Below are positions 30,516-39,536 of a stretch of DNA of 64,000 nucleotides, one piece after another. The notes beneath the pieces are model-generated. The model was not told where the DNA came from. It worked only from the letters and a program-made list of their open reading frames with translations, and searched no databases. This stretch comes from Halodesulfurarchaeum sp. GTDB taxonomy: Archaea > Halobacteriota > Halobacteria > Halobacteriales > Halobacteriaceae. Where the stretch lies: assembly GCA_034520565.1 (NCBI GenBank), contig JAXHNL010000002.1, positions 1,440,001-1,504,000 on the forward strand, written 5' to 3'. Position 1 is the first letter of the stretch. Every line of letters begins with the position of its first letter. Position numbers and translations under genes: made by a program.

Positions 30516-31637
30516 ATGGTGGAGTTTGCAGACCGCGTCGAGTCGGTCTCGATTAGTGGGATCAGGGAAGTCTTCGAGGCGGCCGGCAGCGACGCGATCA
30601 ACCTCGGGCTCGGACAGCCGGACTTTCCGACGCCCGAGCACGCCCGGGAGGCCGCCGTCGAGGCGATTCGGGCCGGCGAGGCCGACGCATACACCTCGAA
30701 TTTCGGCACGGAATCGCTCAGAGCGGCGATCGCCGACAAACACGCTCGGGACAACGACCTCGAGTTGACGAGCGAACAGATCATCGCCACGGCCGGTGGG
30801 AGCGAGGCACTGCACCTGGCACTCGAGGCGCACGTCGATCCGGGCGAGGAGGTCTTGTACCCCGATCCGGGATTCGTCTCTTACTCGGCGCTTTCGAAAC
30901 TGGCCGGCGGTCGGCCGGTTCCGGTTCCGCTGCGCGATGATCTCACGCTTTCCCTGACCGCCGTCGAGGAGCGGATCACCGAGAACACTGCTGCAATCGT
31001 CGTCAACAGTCCGGCCAATCCGACGGGTGCGGTCCAGCCGGTCGAGGACATGCGTGAGTTCGCCCGTATCGCGGACGAACACGACGTCCTCCTGATTTCG
31101 GACGAGGTCTACGAACACATTGTCTTCGAGGGAACCCATCGCTCACCGATGGAGTTCGCCGAGTCGGACAACGTGATCCTGGTCAATGCTGCCTCGAAAG
31201 CTTATTCGATGACGGGCTGGCGGCTGGGCTGGGTCGTGGGAAGCGAGGAGCGGGTCGAACGAATGCTCCGGGTCCACCAGTACATACAGGCCTGCGCGAG
31301 CGCCCCAGCCCAACACGCGGCCGAAGCCGCGCTCCGGGGACCGCAGGACCAGGTCGAGGAGATGGTCGAGGCCTTCCAGACCCGGCGGGACGTCCTCCTC
31401 GAGGGGCTCGAGGACATGGGCCTCACCGTCCCCGAACCACGCGGCGCGTTCTACGCGATGCCACAGGTTCCGGACGGGTGGGTCGACGCCGTGATCGATC
31501 GCGGCGTGGTGGTCGTCCCGGGCGAGGCGTTCGGTGAACGAGGCGAAGGGTACGCCCGAATTTCGTATGCGACCGACCTCGAAACGATTCGTGACGCCCT
31601 CGACGTCATGCGTGAAGCGACCCGGGCCGTTTCCTAA
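30516..31637 (+). CDS. Class I/II PLP-dependent aminotransferase
   Basis: NSPANPTG, ISDEVY, SKAYSMTGWRLG. Confidence 0.95.
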   Translation: MVEFADRVESVSISGIREVFEAAGSDAINLGLGQPDFPTPEHAREAAVEAIRAGEADAYTSNFGTESLRAAIADKHARDNDLELTSEQIIATAGGSEALHLALEAHVDPGEEVLYPDPGFVSYSALSKLAGGRPVPVPLRDDLTLSLTAVEERITENTAAIVVNSPANPTGAVQPVEDMREFARIADEHDVLLISDEVYEHIVFEGTHRSPMEFAESDNVILVNAASKAYSMTGWRLGWVVGSEERVERMLRVHQYIQACASAPAQHAAEAALRGPQDQVEEMVEAFQTRRDVLLEGLEDMGLTVPEPRGAFYAMPQVPDGWVDAVIDRGVVVVPGEAFGERGEGYARISYATDLETIRDALDVMREATRAVS

Positions 31638-31643
31638 CCGAAC

Positions 31644-32870
31644 TCACCTGACTGCAGGTTCGGTAAGAACCACGACCGTCGCGAGTCCGCCGACAGCGAG
31701 CGCGGCGGCTGCGGCAAAGACGGACACGTAGCTCCCGGTCCCTTCGATCACCGAGGCGACGATCGGCGGGCCCACGAACATTCCGAGCCAGCCCAGGGCG
31801 CTCACGACCGACACGGCCGTCCCGCCGACGTTTCGGGGCACGTACCGCTGGACGAGCGTGTACAGGAGACCGAACTGCAGCTGAATCGCGAAGCCAGCCA
31901 CGATCATTCCGCCGGCCATCAGGAGCAACGTCCCGCCGAACCCGAGGATCACCGCGACGAGCCCGGAACCGACCAGGGAGATCCCGATGACCGGGAGGGA
32001 GCGACCGTCGAACACCTGCTCGGAGAGCAATCCGCCCCCTGGTCTGGCGATGATCCCGATCGCGGGGAACAGTGCGGTCACGGCACCGCCGAGGGCCAGG
32101 TCGATCTCGAACGTCGAGGTGAGGTAGGTCGGCATCCAGCTGTTGTAGATCATGTAGGTCATGTAGGAAAGCAGGGAGATGAAACCGACCCCCCAGACGC
32201 CACGGTTCGTGAGCGCCTGGCGAAGGTCTGCCCGGGTCGCAGTCGATTCTCGTGACATCGTTGCATCCAGTTGACGGTCGATGAGCCAGAAAGCGACGCC
32301 GAAGCCGAACCCCAGCACCGCATAGACGCCGAACGTCGCCGTCCAGTCGAGCATATCGGCGACGAGGGGGCCAGTGAACTGGCCGAACGCATAGCCCGCG
32401 GGATACCCGGTTACGAAGAAACCGACCGCTGTCGCCTCGCGCTTTGCGGGAAATGCCCGGGTGATCATGGCCGTCTGGGCGATCCAGATCGTGAGCAGCC
32501 CGAACCCACCGACGACCCGGCTGGCGAGGAGGGCGAGATAGGCCGTCTCGGCGGCGAATGCCGAATTGGCGAGACCGACACCGAGTAACAGCCCCACAGA
32601 GAGGATCACTGCGAGACCGTTATCGACCCTGTCGAGTGCCATCCCGACGGGGATCCCCACGACGACGGCGGGGACCTGTGGGGCCGTGATGATCCAGGCC
32701 GCAGCGGTCTCCTCGATCCCGAATGCCGCCATCGTGAGCGGGAGCACACTCGACGGTGTGATCGCCCACGCGCCGATGAACAGCCAGAGCAGCCAGCCCG
32801 TCGCGACCAACCCGACCGGACCCAACCCCTGGGTCCCCGTCAGTTCTTCGAGCCGGTTTCGCCAGTGCAT
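31644..32870 (-). CDS. MFS transporter
   Basis: About 12 TM segments, GMALDRVD motif A, RPGGGLLSE. Confidence 0.9.
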   Translation of the reverse strand: MHWRNRLEELTGTQGLGPVGLVATGWLLWLFIGAWAITPSSVLPLTMAAFGIEETAAAWIITAPQVPAVVVGIPVGMALDRVDNGLAVILSVGLLLGVGLANSAFAAETAYLALLASRVVGGFGLLTIWIAQTAMITRAFPAKREATAVGFFVTGYPAGYAFGQFTGPLVADMLDWTATFGVYAVLGFGFGVAFWLIDRQLDATMSRESTATRADLRQALTNRGVWGVGFISLLSYMTYMIYNSWMPTYLTSTFEIDLALGGAVTALFPAIGIIARPGGGLLSEQVFDGRSLPVIGISLVGSGLVAVILGFGGTLLLMAGGMIVAGFAIQLQFGLLYTLVQRYVPRNVGGTAVSVVSALGWLGMFVGPPIVASVIEGTGSYVSVFAAAAALAVGGLATVVVLTEPAVR

Positions 32871-32927
32871 ACAGGTCCGTCGGGCGGTTTTCCTGCCGGT
32901 CGCTTAATACTGCTGAATGCCCGCCGG

Positions 32928-34109
32928 TCAGGTGGCCGTACTCACGATCTTGATGACGTCCCCCTCTTCGAGTTCGTACTCCTCTCCAACCTCCCGATTC
33001 GAGCGAGCGTTCACTGCGTGGAGATAGCCGTCGCCGATGTCCGAATGCACCGCGTAGGCGAGATCTCGAGGGGTCGACCCCTTCGGGAGGAGAAACGCGT
33101 CAGGGAGCACGTTTCCGTGCGTGTCGGTCCAGTGGGTGGCGTCCTGCACGGGAAAGACCGTCAGATGATCGAGTAACTCGTACACAGCGGTGTTCAACGC
33201 GGTTTGGACGCCGGTGCCGTCCCAGCGGTCCATGGTCGATTCGAGGGCGTCGAGCGTGGACTCGATGCTCTCGCCGAGGGATTCGATCACCGTGAACGAC
33301 CCGTCGCCCGGATCGTACTTGATTGCCCCCTGCTCGACCCCCCGCCGGAGCGCAAGTTCGCCCTCTGCTGTCGCCGGGACGACCGGTCGGTCGAGATTCA
33401 GCAGGGTCTGGACGTTCTCGGCCGGGGCGACATCTACCTTGTTCGCGACGACGACGATCGGTTTCGTCCGGACCCGGATTTCGACGGCCAGGGCCTCCCG
33501 CTGGTCGTCGGTCCACTTCACCGGATCTTCGGGATAGTCGATAGCCCGCAGGCTTGCCGCGACGTCCGCCACCGTCGCGCCGAATCCCGTGAGCATCTCC
33601 GTCAGTGCCTCGTCGATGTCGAATCCCGGCGATCGGGACTGTCGTTCGATGGACTCCCAGTTTCGGTCGACGATCGAGGCCAACCACAGGTCCATCTCCC
33701 GTTCGATGAAATCGACGTCATCGAGTGGGTCGTGGCTCCCGATCTCGACCGGTTCGCCCTCGGCGTTTGTCCCGCCGGAGGCGTCGACGACGTTGAGGAT
33801 GGCGTCCGCGTCGGTCAACTCGTCGAGGAACTGGTTGCCGAGGCCGCGCCCCTCGTGAGCGCCGGGAACGAGGCCGGCCACGTCGAGGAGTTCGACCGGG
33901 ACGTACCGCTTTCCGTCGTGGCAGGTGTCGTTTCCGCACCGGTTCTCGCGTTCGAGACAGGGACACTCGGTGCGGACGTGGGAGATACCGCGGTTCGCGT
34001 CTATCGTGGTAAACGGGTAATTGGCCACGTCGACCTCGGCCATGGTGGCAGCGGTGTAGAAGGTGGACTTGCCGGCGTTGGGCTTCCCGGCAAGGGCCAG
34101 CGAGAGCAT
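32928..34109 (-). CDS. ychF: Obg-family ATPase/GTPase YchF (archaeal)
   Basis: GKPNAGKST, YPFTTI, DVAGLVPGA, NKVD, TGS domain. Confidence 0.95.
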   Translation of the reverse strand: MLSLALAGKPNAGKSTFYTAATMAEVDVANYPFTTIDANRGISHVRTECPCLERENRCGNDTCHDGKRYVPVELLDVAGLVPGAHEGRGLGNQFLDELTDADAILNVVDASGGTNAEGEPVEIGSHDPLDDVDFIEREMDLWLASIVDRNWESIERQSRSPGFDIDEALTEMLTGFGATVADVAASLRAIDYPEDPVKWTDDQREALAVEIRVRTKPIVVVANKVDVAPAENVQTLLNLDRPVVPATAEGELALRRGVEQGAIKYDPGDGSFTVIESLGESIESTLDALESTMDRWDGTGVQTALNTAVYELLDHLTVFPVQDATHWTDTHGNVLPDAFLLPKGSTPRDLAYAVHSDIGDGYLHAVNARSNREVGEEYELEEGDVIKIVSTAT

Positions 34110-34183
34110 ACAAGCAGGTACCGGGACCGCGTGAAATTACTTTTCGGTCCGGTCACAACTGGGTTTTCGGTCCGGCCAGGCAA

Positions 34184-35056
34184 TCATTCGGGTTCTCGCG
34201 TGGTCGCCCCGTCGAGTTGCATCGCGCCGGTGGCCCTGATCGTCCCGTCGACGTCCGCGTCCCGGCTGAGGGTGACGTCGGCACCTGACACGTCGCCGAG
34301 GACGCTCGCACCGGCTTTCACGGTTATGTCGCCGTTTCGGGTCGTCACGTCGCCGTGGACGGTCGTTCCGGATCCGACCGCGATATCTCCCCGGGCCCGG
34401 AGACTACCGAAGACGTCGTTGTCCTCGCCGACGACGATCTCCTCGGCGCGGATGTTCCCGTGTAGTCGGCAGTCATTCCCGATCTCCGCCGGGGTGGAAA
34501 CCCGCCAGACGTCGTCCCCGACGGTCGCATTGTGGGGAATACGGACGGGATCCAGATCCGGATCCGCCCCGAGCTCCTCGATGAGGGATTCGGCCTCCTC
34601 GGCCTCGCCCAGCCGGAGGAGGTGGGTGAGATAGATCATGAAGAAGACGACCGTGGGCATGGGGTTCCGGATGACGATCCAACCGTTGGCCTCGAACCCC
34701 TCCTCGATGTCGACGTCGTCCCCGATGTCGAGGTCCCCGCCGACGACGAGGCGACCGGTTACATTGACCCGCTCTCCGAGGTAGGCGTCCTCGCCGACGA
34801 GGACGTTCCCGTCGACCGAACACCACATGTCGAGCCGGCAGTCCCCCTCCATTTCGATGTCGCCCTCGAAGGAGACCCGCTCCCCGGCGACGAGACTCCG
34901 GCCCCGCAATCCGAACTCGACGGTACTGCCGCCGCCGATGAGCACGTCCCCGTCCGTGACGAGGTCGTGTTCCTGCACCTCCGTGCCGTCGGGGATCGTG
35001 AGCCGGTCGATCGGGTCGGTCGCGAGCACACCCGGCCCGAGTATTCCCACGGGCAT
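34184..35056 (-). CDS. Beta-helix bactofilin-like (polymer-forming cytoskeletal) protein
   Basis: Repeated V/I-x-G-D/N-V/I beta-helix pattern, two domains around WIVIRNPMP. Confidence 0.8.
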   Translation of the reverse strand: MPVGILGPGVLATDPIDRLTIPDGTEVQEHDLVTDGDVLIGGGSTVEFGLRGRSLVAGERVSFEGDIEMEGDCRLDMWCSVDGNVLVGEDAYLGERVNVTGRLVVGGDLDIGDDVDIEEGFEANGWIVIRNPMPTVVFFMIYLTHLLRLGEAEEAESLIEELGADPDLDPVRIPHNATVGDDVWRVSTPAEIGNDCRLHGNIRAEEIVVGEDNDVFGSLRARGDIAVGSGTTVHGDVTTRNGDITVKAGASVLGDVSGADVTLSRDADVDGTIRATGAMQLDGATTREPE

Positions 35057-35118
35057 AAAGGCCCCGAGGCGGCGACTCGACCCGGTTGCTTAAGCCCGCG
35101 TGTGTCGAACGCCTCGCT

Positions 35119-35334
35119 ATGACTGTCCTTTCCTTCGACCAGCACGGGGTCGACGTCGTGTATGAGTCCACGGAGTTCCGGATGGAGCGGGCGCTCATCG
35201 AAGACGCAACCGGTGAGCCCTTCGAATCGGTGACCGACCACGAAGTGCTCAAGCTGGTCGAGCCCGATCCCGAGCTTACCGGTGAGCCCCGACGGATCGA
35301 GGACATTCTCCGGGCGAAAAACAGTACGAATTAA
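35119..35334 (+). CDS. DUF5800-type small protein
   Basis: MTVLSFDQHGVDVVYE...VTDHEVLKLV..GEPRRIEDIL. Confidence 0.75.
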   Translation: MTVLSFDQHGVDVVYESTEFRMERALIEDATGEPFESVTDHEVLKLVEPDPELTGEPRRIEDILRAKNSTN

Positions 35335-35358
35335 CTACTCCCGTCCACAATCACCTGT

Positions 35359-35493
35359 ATGGACCTCACCGTCGACCAGTTCAAACACGACTCGTGGCGC
35401 TCGATCGTCGGGATGGGTATCGGCTACGTCGGCCTGCTGGCACTCGTTCTGGTCGTCCTCTTCATCGTTCCCTTCCTGATCGTCTGGCTGTAG
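35359..35493 (+). CDS. Small single-TM protein (44 aa), absent from the ORF track
   Basis: MDLTVDQFKHDSWRSIVGMGIGYVGLLALVLVVLFIVPFLIVWL*; host-like codons. Confidence 0.6.
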   Translation: MDLTVDQFKHDSWRSIVGMGIGYVGLLALVLVVLFIVPFLIVWL

Positions 35494-35509
35494 CACCCGC
35501 TTGCGCGGA

Positions 35510-36830
35510 TCAGTTCTCGACTTCTTCGCTCGCGATAACGGTGCCATTCGGGAGTTCCGGATCCGGCTTGCGCCCCAGTGTCAGCAGTCGCTCGGTGAGA
35601 GTGAGTTCGTCGGGCGCGGGAGTCGGCTTCTCTACTTCCTCGAATTCGACGTGGATTCCCCCCTCGTCTCGGGCGATTCGTACGGCCCCGAGCTGGTATG
35701 ACGGATAAAAGACGGAGGGAAGAATGCCCATGATTCCGTCCCGGCGATGGAGCCGTTTGAGCCACGTCCCGGTGTTGACGAGCGCCCGTCCATCCACGCG
35801 TTCGAGTTTTGGTCTGTGCGTATGTCCATAGCAGTAGACCGCCGTTTCGGGCCGTTCGGCGAAAACGTCGCGGGCTCGTTGCTCGTAGGGCTCGTTCGGG
35901 TCGACCGTCAGGTCGGTCTCGAAGACCCCGAATCGGTTGATGGTCTGGCGAACGTCCCGGCGGAGGAAGTAAAGCGGGATGCCCACGAGCAGGAGTATTC
36001 CGGCCACCGCCACGTTGATCGCGAGGAGGAACCAGAGAGCCGTCCCGGCGGTCCCGAACTGGCCCAGAAAGGCGGTCCCGAGATCGATCGGGACCGACCA
36101 GACGTCGAGCACGTCCAATCCCGCGAGGATGGCGAGTACGGCACTGATGTTGAAAAGTAACATGAACGGAATCAGCGCGTACCGAATCAGCGGGTTCATC
36201 TCGCGGTAGAAGTATTTCGAGATCAGCCAGACTGGAATCCGTTCGGTCGGCGTGACCGCCTGCACGTCCTTGAGCCAGTTGTATCGGCCCCGGTCGGACA
36301 GCTGTCCGGCTCGACTCGTGAACAGCGTGTTGAAGTAATAGCCGACTGGCGTGGCGTGGGGGTTTCCCCACTCCCGGATTCGATTGTTCGGATCTTGTTG
36401 GCTTCCGTGCTCGAAATAGATCGCCTGGTCGCCGATTTCCCGGACCAGCGATGGGGTCTTGTACCAGATCGACGTTGTAGGCCGCAAATTTGTCGACGTA
36501 CTCGTCGTAGGCCGCGAGTTCGTGGTCGTGATTGCCCGGCAGAATGGTGATATCGACGTTTTCGCCGGTCGCCTCCAACTGCTCGAAGAGGCTCGGGTAG
36601 GTCCCCACGAGGTGATCGAATTTTTCCAGACCCTCGAGTTCGGTAAACTCCCAGAGGCCGAATGCGTCACCGTTGATCACCAGTTCGGCGTTCTCGTCTG
36701 TTCGCTCCAATCGTTCGAGAAACTCTGAGCAACTCGTCGAAAGGAAATCGACCTGCTCCAGTTGTTCGTCACCGCCGATGTGGAGGTCGCTGATTACGTC
36801 GTAAACCCGATCGTTACCCGACCCGCCCAT
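35510..36830 (-). CDS. Calcineurin-like metallophosphoesterase with internal TM hairpin (frameshift at ~36455)
   Basis: ISDLHIG, NGDAF, PGNHD, EHG, GHTH, VNTGTW. Confidence 0.85.
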
Positions 36831-36897
36831 TTCGTATACCGTGTCGGCGGAACGAGTTGAGCCTGTCGGTCGAAAATGGAGAGCCGCGGCGACCCGA

Positions 36898-38112
36898 TCA
36901 GGCGAACGTCTTCGAGACGTCGTCGTCTTCCTCGCCGGCCTCGAGTTTTTCGCGGGCCTCCCGGAAGTCCGGCCATCGCGGACCTCCGTCCGGTCGTCGC
37001 GGATGGCGAACATCCCGGCCTCCGTGCAGATGGCCTTGATGTCGGCACCGGAGGCGTCCTCGGTCGTCGCGGCGAGCGTGCTCGAAGTCGACGTCGTCGG
37101 CGACGTTCATGTTCCGGGTGTGGATCTCGAAGATCTTCTCGCGGCCCTCCTCGTCGGGCTTCGGCACCTCGATGAGGCGGTCGAACCGGCCGGGCCGGAG
37201 GATGGCGCGGTCGAGCATGTCGAAGCGGTTGGTCGCGGCGATGATGCGGATCTCGCCGCGGTCCTCGAAGCCGTCCATCTCCGAGAGCAGCTGCATCATC
37301 GTCCGCTGGACCTCGGCGTCGCCGGAGGTCTTCGAGTCCGTCCGCTTGGCGGCGATGGCGTCGATCTCGTCGATGAAGATGACGGCGGGCTCGTGCTGGC
37401 GGGCGAGCTCGAAGAGGTCCCGGACGAGCTTCGCGCCCTCGCCGATGAACTTGTGGACGAGTTCGGAGCCGGCCATCTTGATGAACGTCGCGTCGGTCTG
37501 GTTGGCGACGGCCTTCGCGAGCATCGTCTTGCCGGTGCCCGGCGGGCCGTGGAGCAGGACGCCGCTCGGCGGGTCGATGCCGACGTCGTCGAACATCTCC
37601 GGGTTCTTGAGCGGCATCTCGACGGTCTCGCGGACCTCGTCGATCTGCTCGTCGATGCCGCCGATGTCCTCGTAGGCGACGTCGGGACTCTCCTCGACCT
37701 GCATCACGCGGGCGCGGACGTCCGTCTCGTCGTCGAGCTGCTTGACGATCGAGAGGGAGTTGTTGACTGCGACCCGGGCGCTGGGCTCGAGGTCTTCGCG
37801 CATCTCGTCGGTGACCTCGGTGAGGGCCTCCTGGTTGTTGCCGTGCTGCTTGATGATGACGCCCTCGTCGGTGATCTCCTGGACCGTGGCGACGAACAGC
37901 GGCGACTGCTTGAGCTTCTTGTTCTCGTGGGTGAGCCGCTCGAGTTTCTGCTGGTACTTGTTGTTCTCCGCGTTCGCGTCGAGGAGCTTGTCGCGCATCT
38001 CCTCGTTCTGTGCCTCGAGAACCTCGAGGCGTTCCTGGAGCGCCTCGATCTTCTCCTGCTGGGACGCCTCCTCGTCGTAGGGGAGATCGACGTCGTCCAC
38101 GGTTTCGGTCAT
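36898..38112 (-). CDS. panA: Proteasome-activating nucleotidase PAN (compensating indels near the C-terminus)
   Basis: Coiled coil, GPPGTGKT, FIDEID, AATNR..DRAILRPGRFDR, C-terminal TFA. Confidence 0.96.
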   Translation of the reverse strand: MTETVDDVDLPYDEEASQQEKIEALQERLEVLEAQNEEMRDKLLDANAENNKYQQKLERLTHENKKLKQSPLFVATVQEITDEGVIIKQHGNNQEALTEVTDEMREDLEPSARVAVNNSLSIVKQLDDETDVRARVMQVEESPDVAYEDIGGIDEQIDEVRETVEMPLKNPEMFDDVGIDPPSGVLLHGPPGTGKTMLAKAVANQTDATFIKMAGSELVHKFIGEGAKLVRDLFELARQHEPAVIFIDEIDAIAAKRTDSKTSGDAEVQRTMMQLLSEMDGFEDRGEIRIIAATNRFDMLDRAILRPGRFDRLIEVPKPDEEGREKIFEIHTRNMNVADDVDFEHARRDDRGRLRCRHQGHLHGGRDVRHPRRPDGGPRWPDFREAREKLEAGEEDDDVSKTFA

Positions 38113-38270
38113 CAGGGACAGGTAGGGTACTGTCTCATAAGAGGGTTCGGGTGGTGGCACCGTCTGCTGGGCGTCAGCCGCCCTTCCAGGGATTCGGGCC
38201 GCCTGCGGTCGAATCCTCGTCGCGGGCCATCGAAATTAAACGTGATGGGACATAAGGTTCCAGCACCCGG

Positions 38271-39536
38271 ATGACTCATGTCATACATACGGGCGATACG
38301 CACATCGGGTATCGCCAGTACCATCGCCCCGAACGCAGGAAGGATTTCCTGAATGCGTTCAGGCAGGTGGTCGCCGACGCCGTCGAGCAGGACGTCGATG
38401 CGGTCCTCCACGCGGGAGATCTCTTCAACGATCGCCGTCCCGGCCTCGGGGACCTCCGGGGCACGATTTCGATTCTCGAAGACCTCCGGGCGGCCGACAT
38501 TCCGTTCCTGGCTATCGTCGGCAACCACGAGGACGCGCGAAACGGCCAGTGGCTCGACCTCTTCGAACAGTTAGGTCTGGCCACTCATCTCGACCGCGAG
38601 GGAACGGTCATTGGCAATACAACCTTCTACGGCCTGGATTTCGTGCCGCGGGCCAAGCGCGACGCGCTCACCTACGATTTCGAATCGGCCTCGACCGACC
38701 ACACTGCACTCCTCGCCCACGGCCTCTTTTCCCCGTTTCCACACGGTGACTGGGATCTGGAGGATGTTCTGACGCGGGCGACCGTCGATTTCGATGCCGT
38801 GTTGCTCGGGGACGATCACACCCCGGCCCAGCAGCAGATCGACGACACGTGGGTGACCTACTGTGGCTCGACCGAGCGAACGAGTGCCTCCCAGCGGGAG
38901 CCGCGCGGATACAATCTCGTCACGTTCGATGGGAGCGTTTCGATCACGCGCCGGACAATCGACACCCGGAAGTTCGTCTTTGTCGACGTCGATCTCGCCC
39001 CGTCGGAGGGCGACTCGCTGGTTCGCGAACGGATTCGAGAGGTCGACGTCGAGGACAGTGTCGTCATCGTCACGATCGAAGGGGATGGCGAGTCGATTCC
39101 ACCGGCGGACATCGAAGCCGTCGGAGCCGAGGAGGGGGCGCTCGTGACCAGGGTAAACGACCGCCGGGAGGTCGACACCGAACGGGAGACGACCGTCTCC
39201 TTTGCCGATCCGGACGAGGCCGTCAGAGACCGGGTCAGAGAACTGGGACTGAGCGAGGTGGCCCGCTCGGTCGAGGAGTTGATTCGCGAAGACGAGGTCG
39301 CCCGGAGCAACGTCCGTGATCATGTCGTCGAAACGGTCGAGGGACGTCTCGAGGATCCCGAGGCGTTCGAGCCCGCACCCGAGCCAGAAACCGACGCTTC
39401 CGGCTCCGAAGGGGATCGAACTCCGGGTCCGGACGCCGAATCGTCGGCGGAGATCGAGCCGACGGACGAATCAGACGGGGACGAATCCGAACCGAAAGAA
39501 CCGGGCCAGGAAACCACGATGGAGGACTTCTTATGA
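38271..39536 (+). CDS. mre11: DNA double-strand break repair nuclease Mre11
   Basis: DTHIG, AGDLF, GNHE, AHG, LGDDH, YCGSTE; C-terminal ETTMEDFL. Confidence 0.95.
   Translation: MTHVIHTGDTHIGYRQYHRPERRKDFLNAFRQVVADAVEQDVDAVLHAGDLFNDRRPGLGDLRGTISILEDLRAADIPFLAIVGNHEDARNGQWLDLFEQLGLATHLDREGTVIGNTTFYGLDFVPRAKRDALTYDFESASTDHTALLAHGLFSPFPHGDWDLEDVLTRATVDFDAVLLGDDHTPAQQQIDDTWVTYCGSTERTSASQREPRGYNLVTFDGSVSITRRTIDTRKFVFVDVDLAPSEGDSLVRERIREVDVEDSVVIVTIEGDGESIPPADIEAVGAEEGALVTRVNDRREVDTERETTVSFADPDEAVRDRVRELGLSEVARSVEELIREDEVARSNVRDHVVETVEGRLEDPEAFEPAPEPETDASGSEGDRTPGPDAESSAEIEPTDESDGDESEPKEPGQETTMEDFL

Noticed and set aside
36841-38274. Long antisense ORFs (opposite pan; likewise opposite guaB, sufB, polB and ychF)
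   Set aside because: These are shadow ORFs caused by high GC and codon bias, with no recognisable protein motifs.
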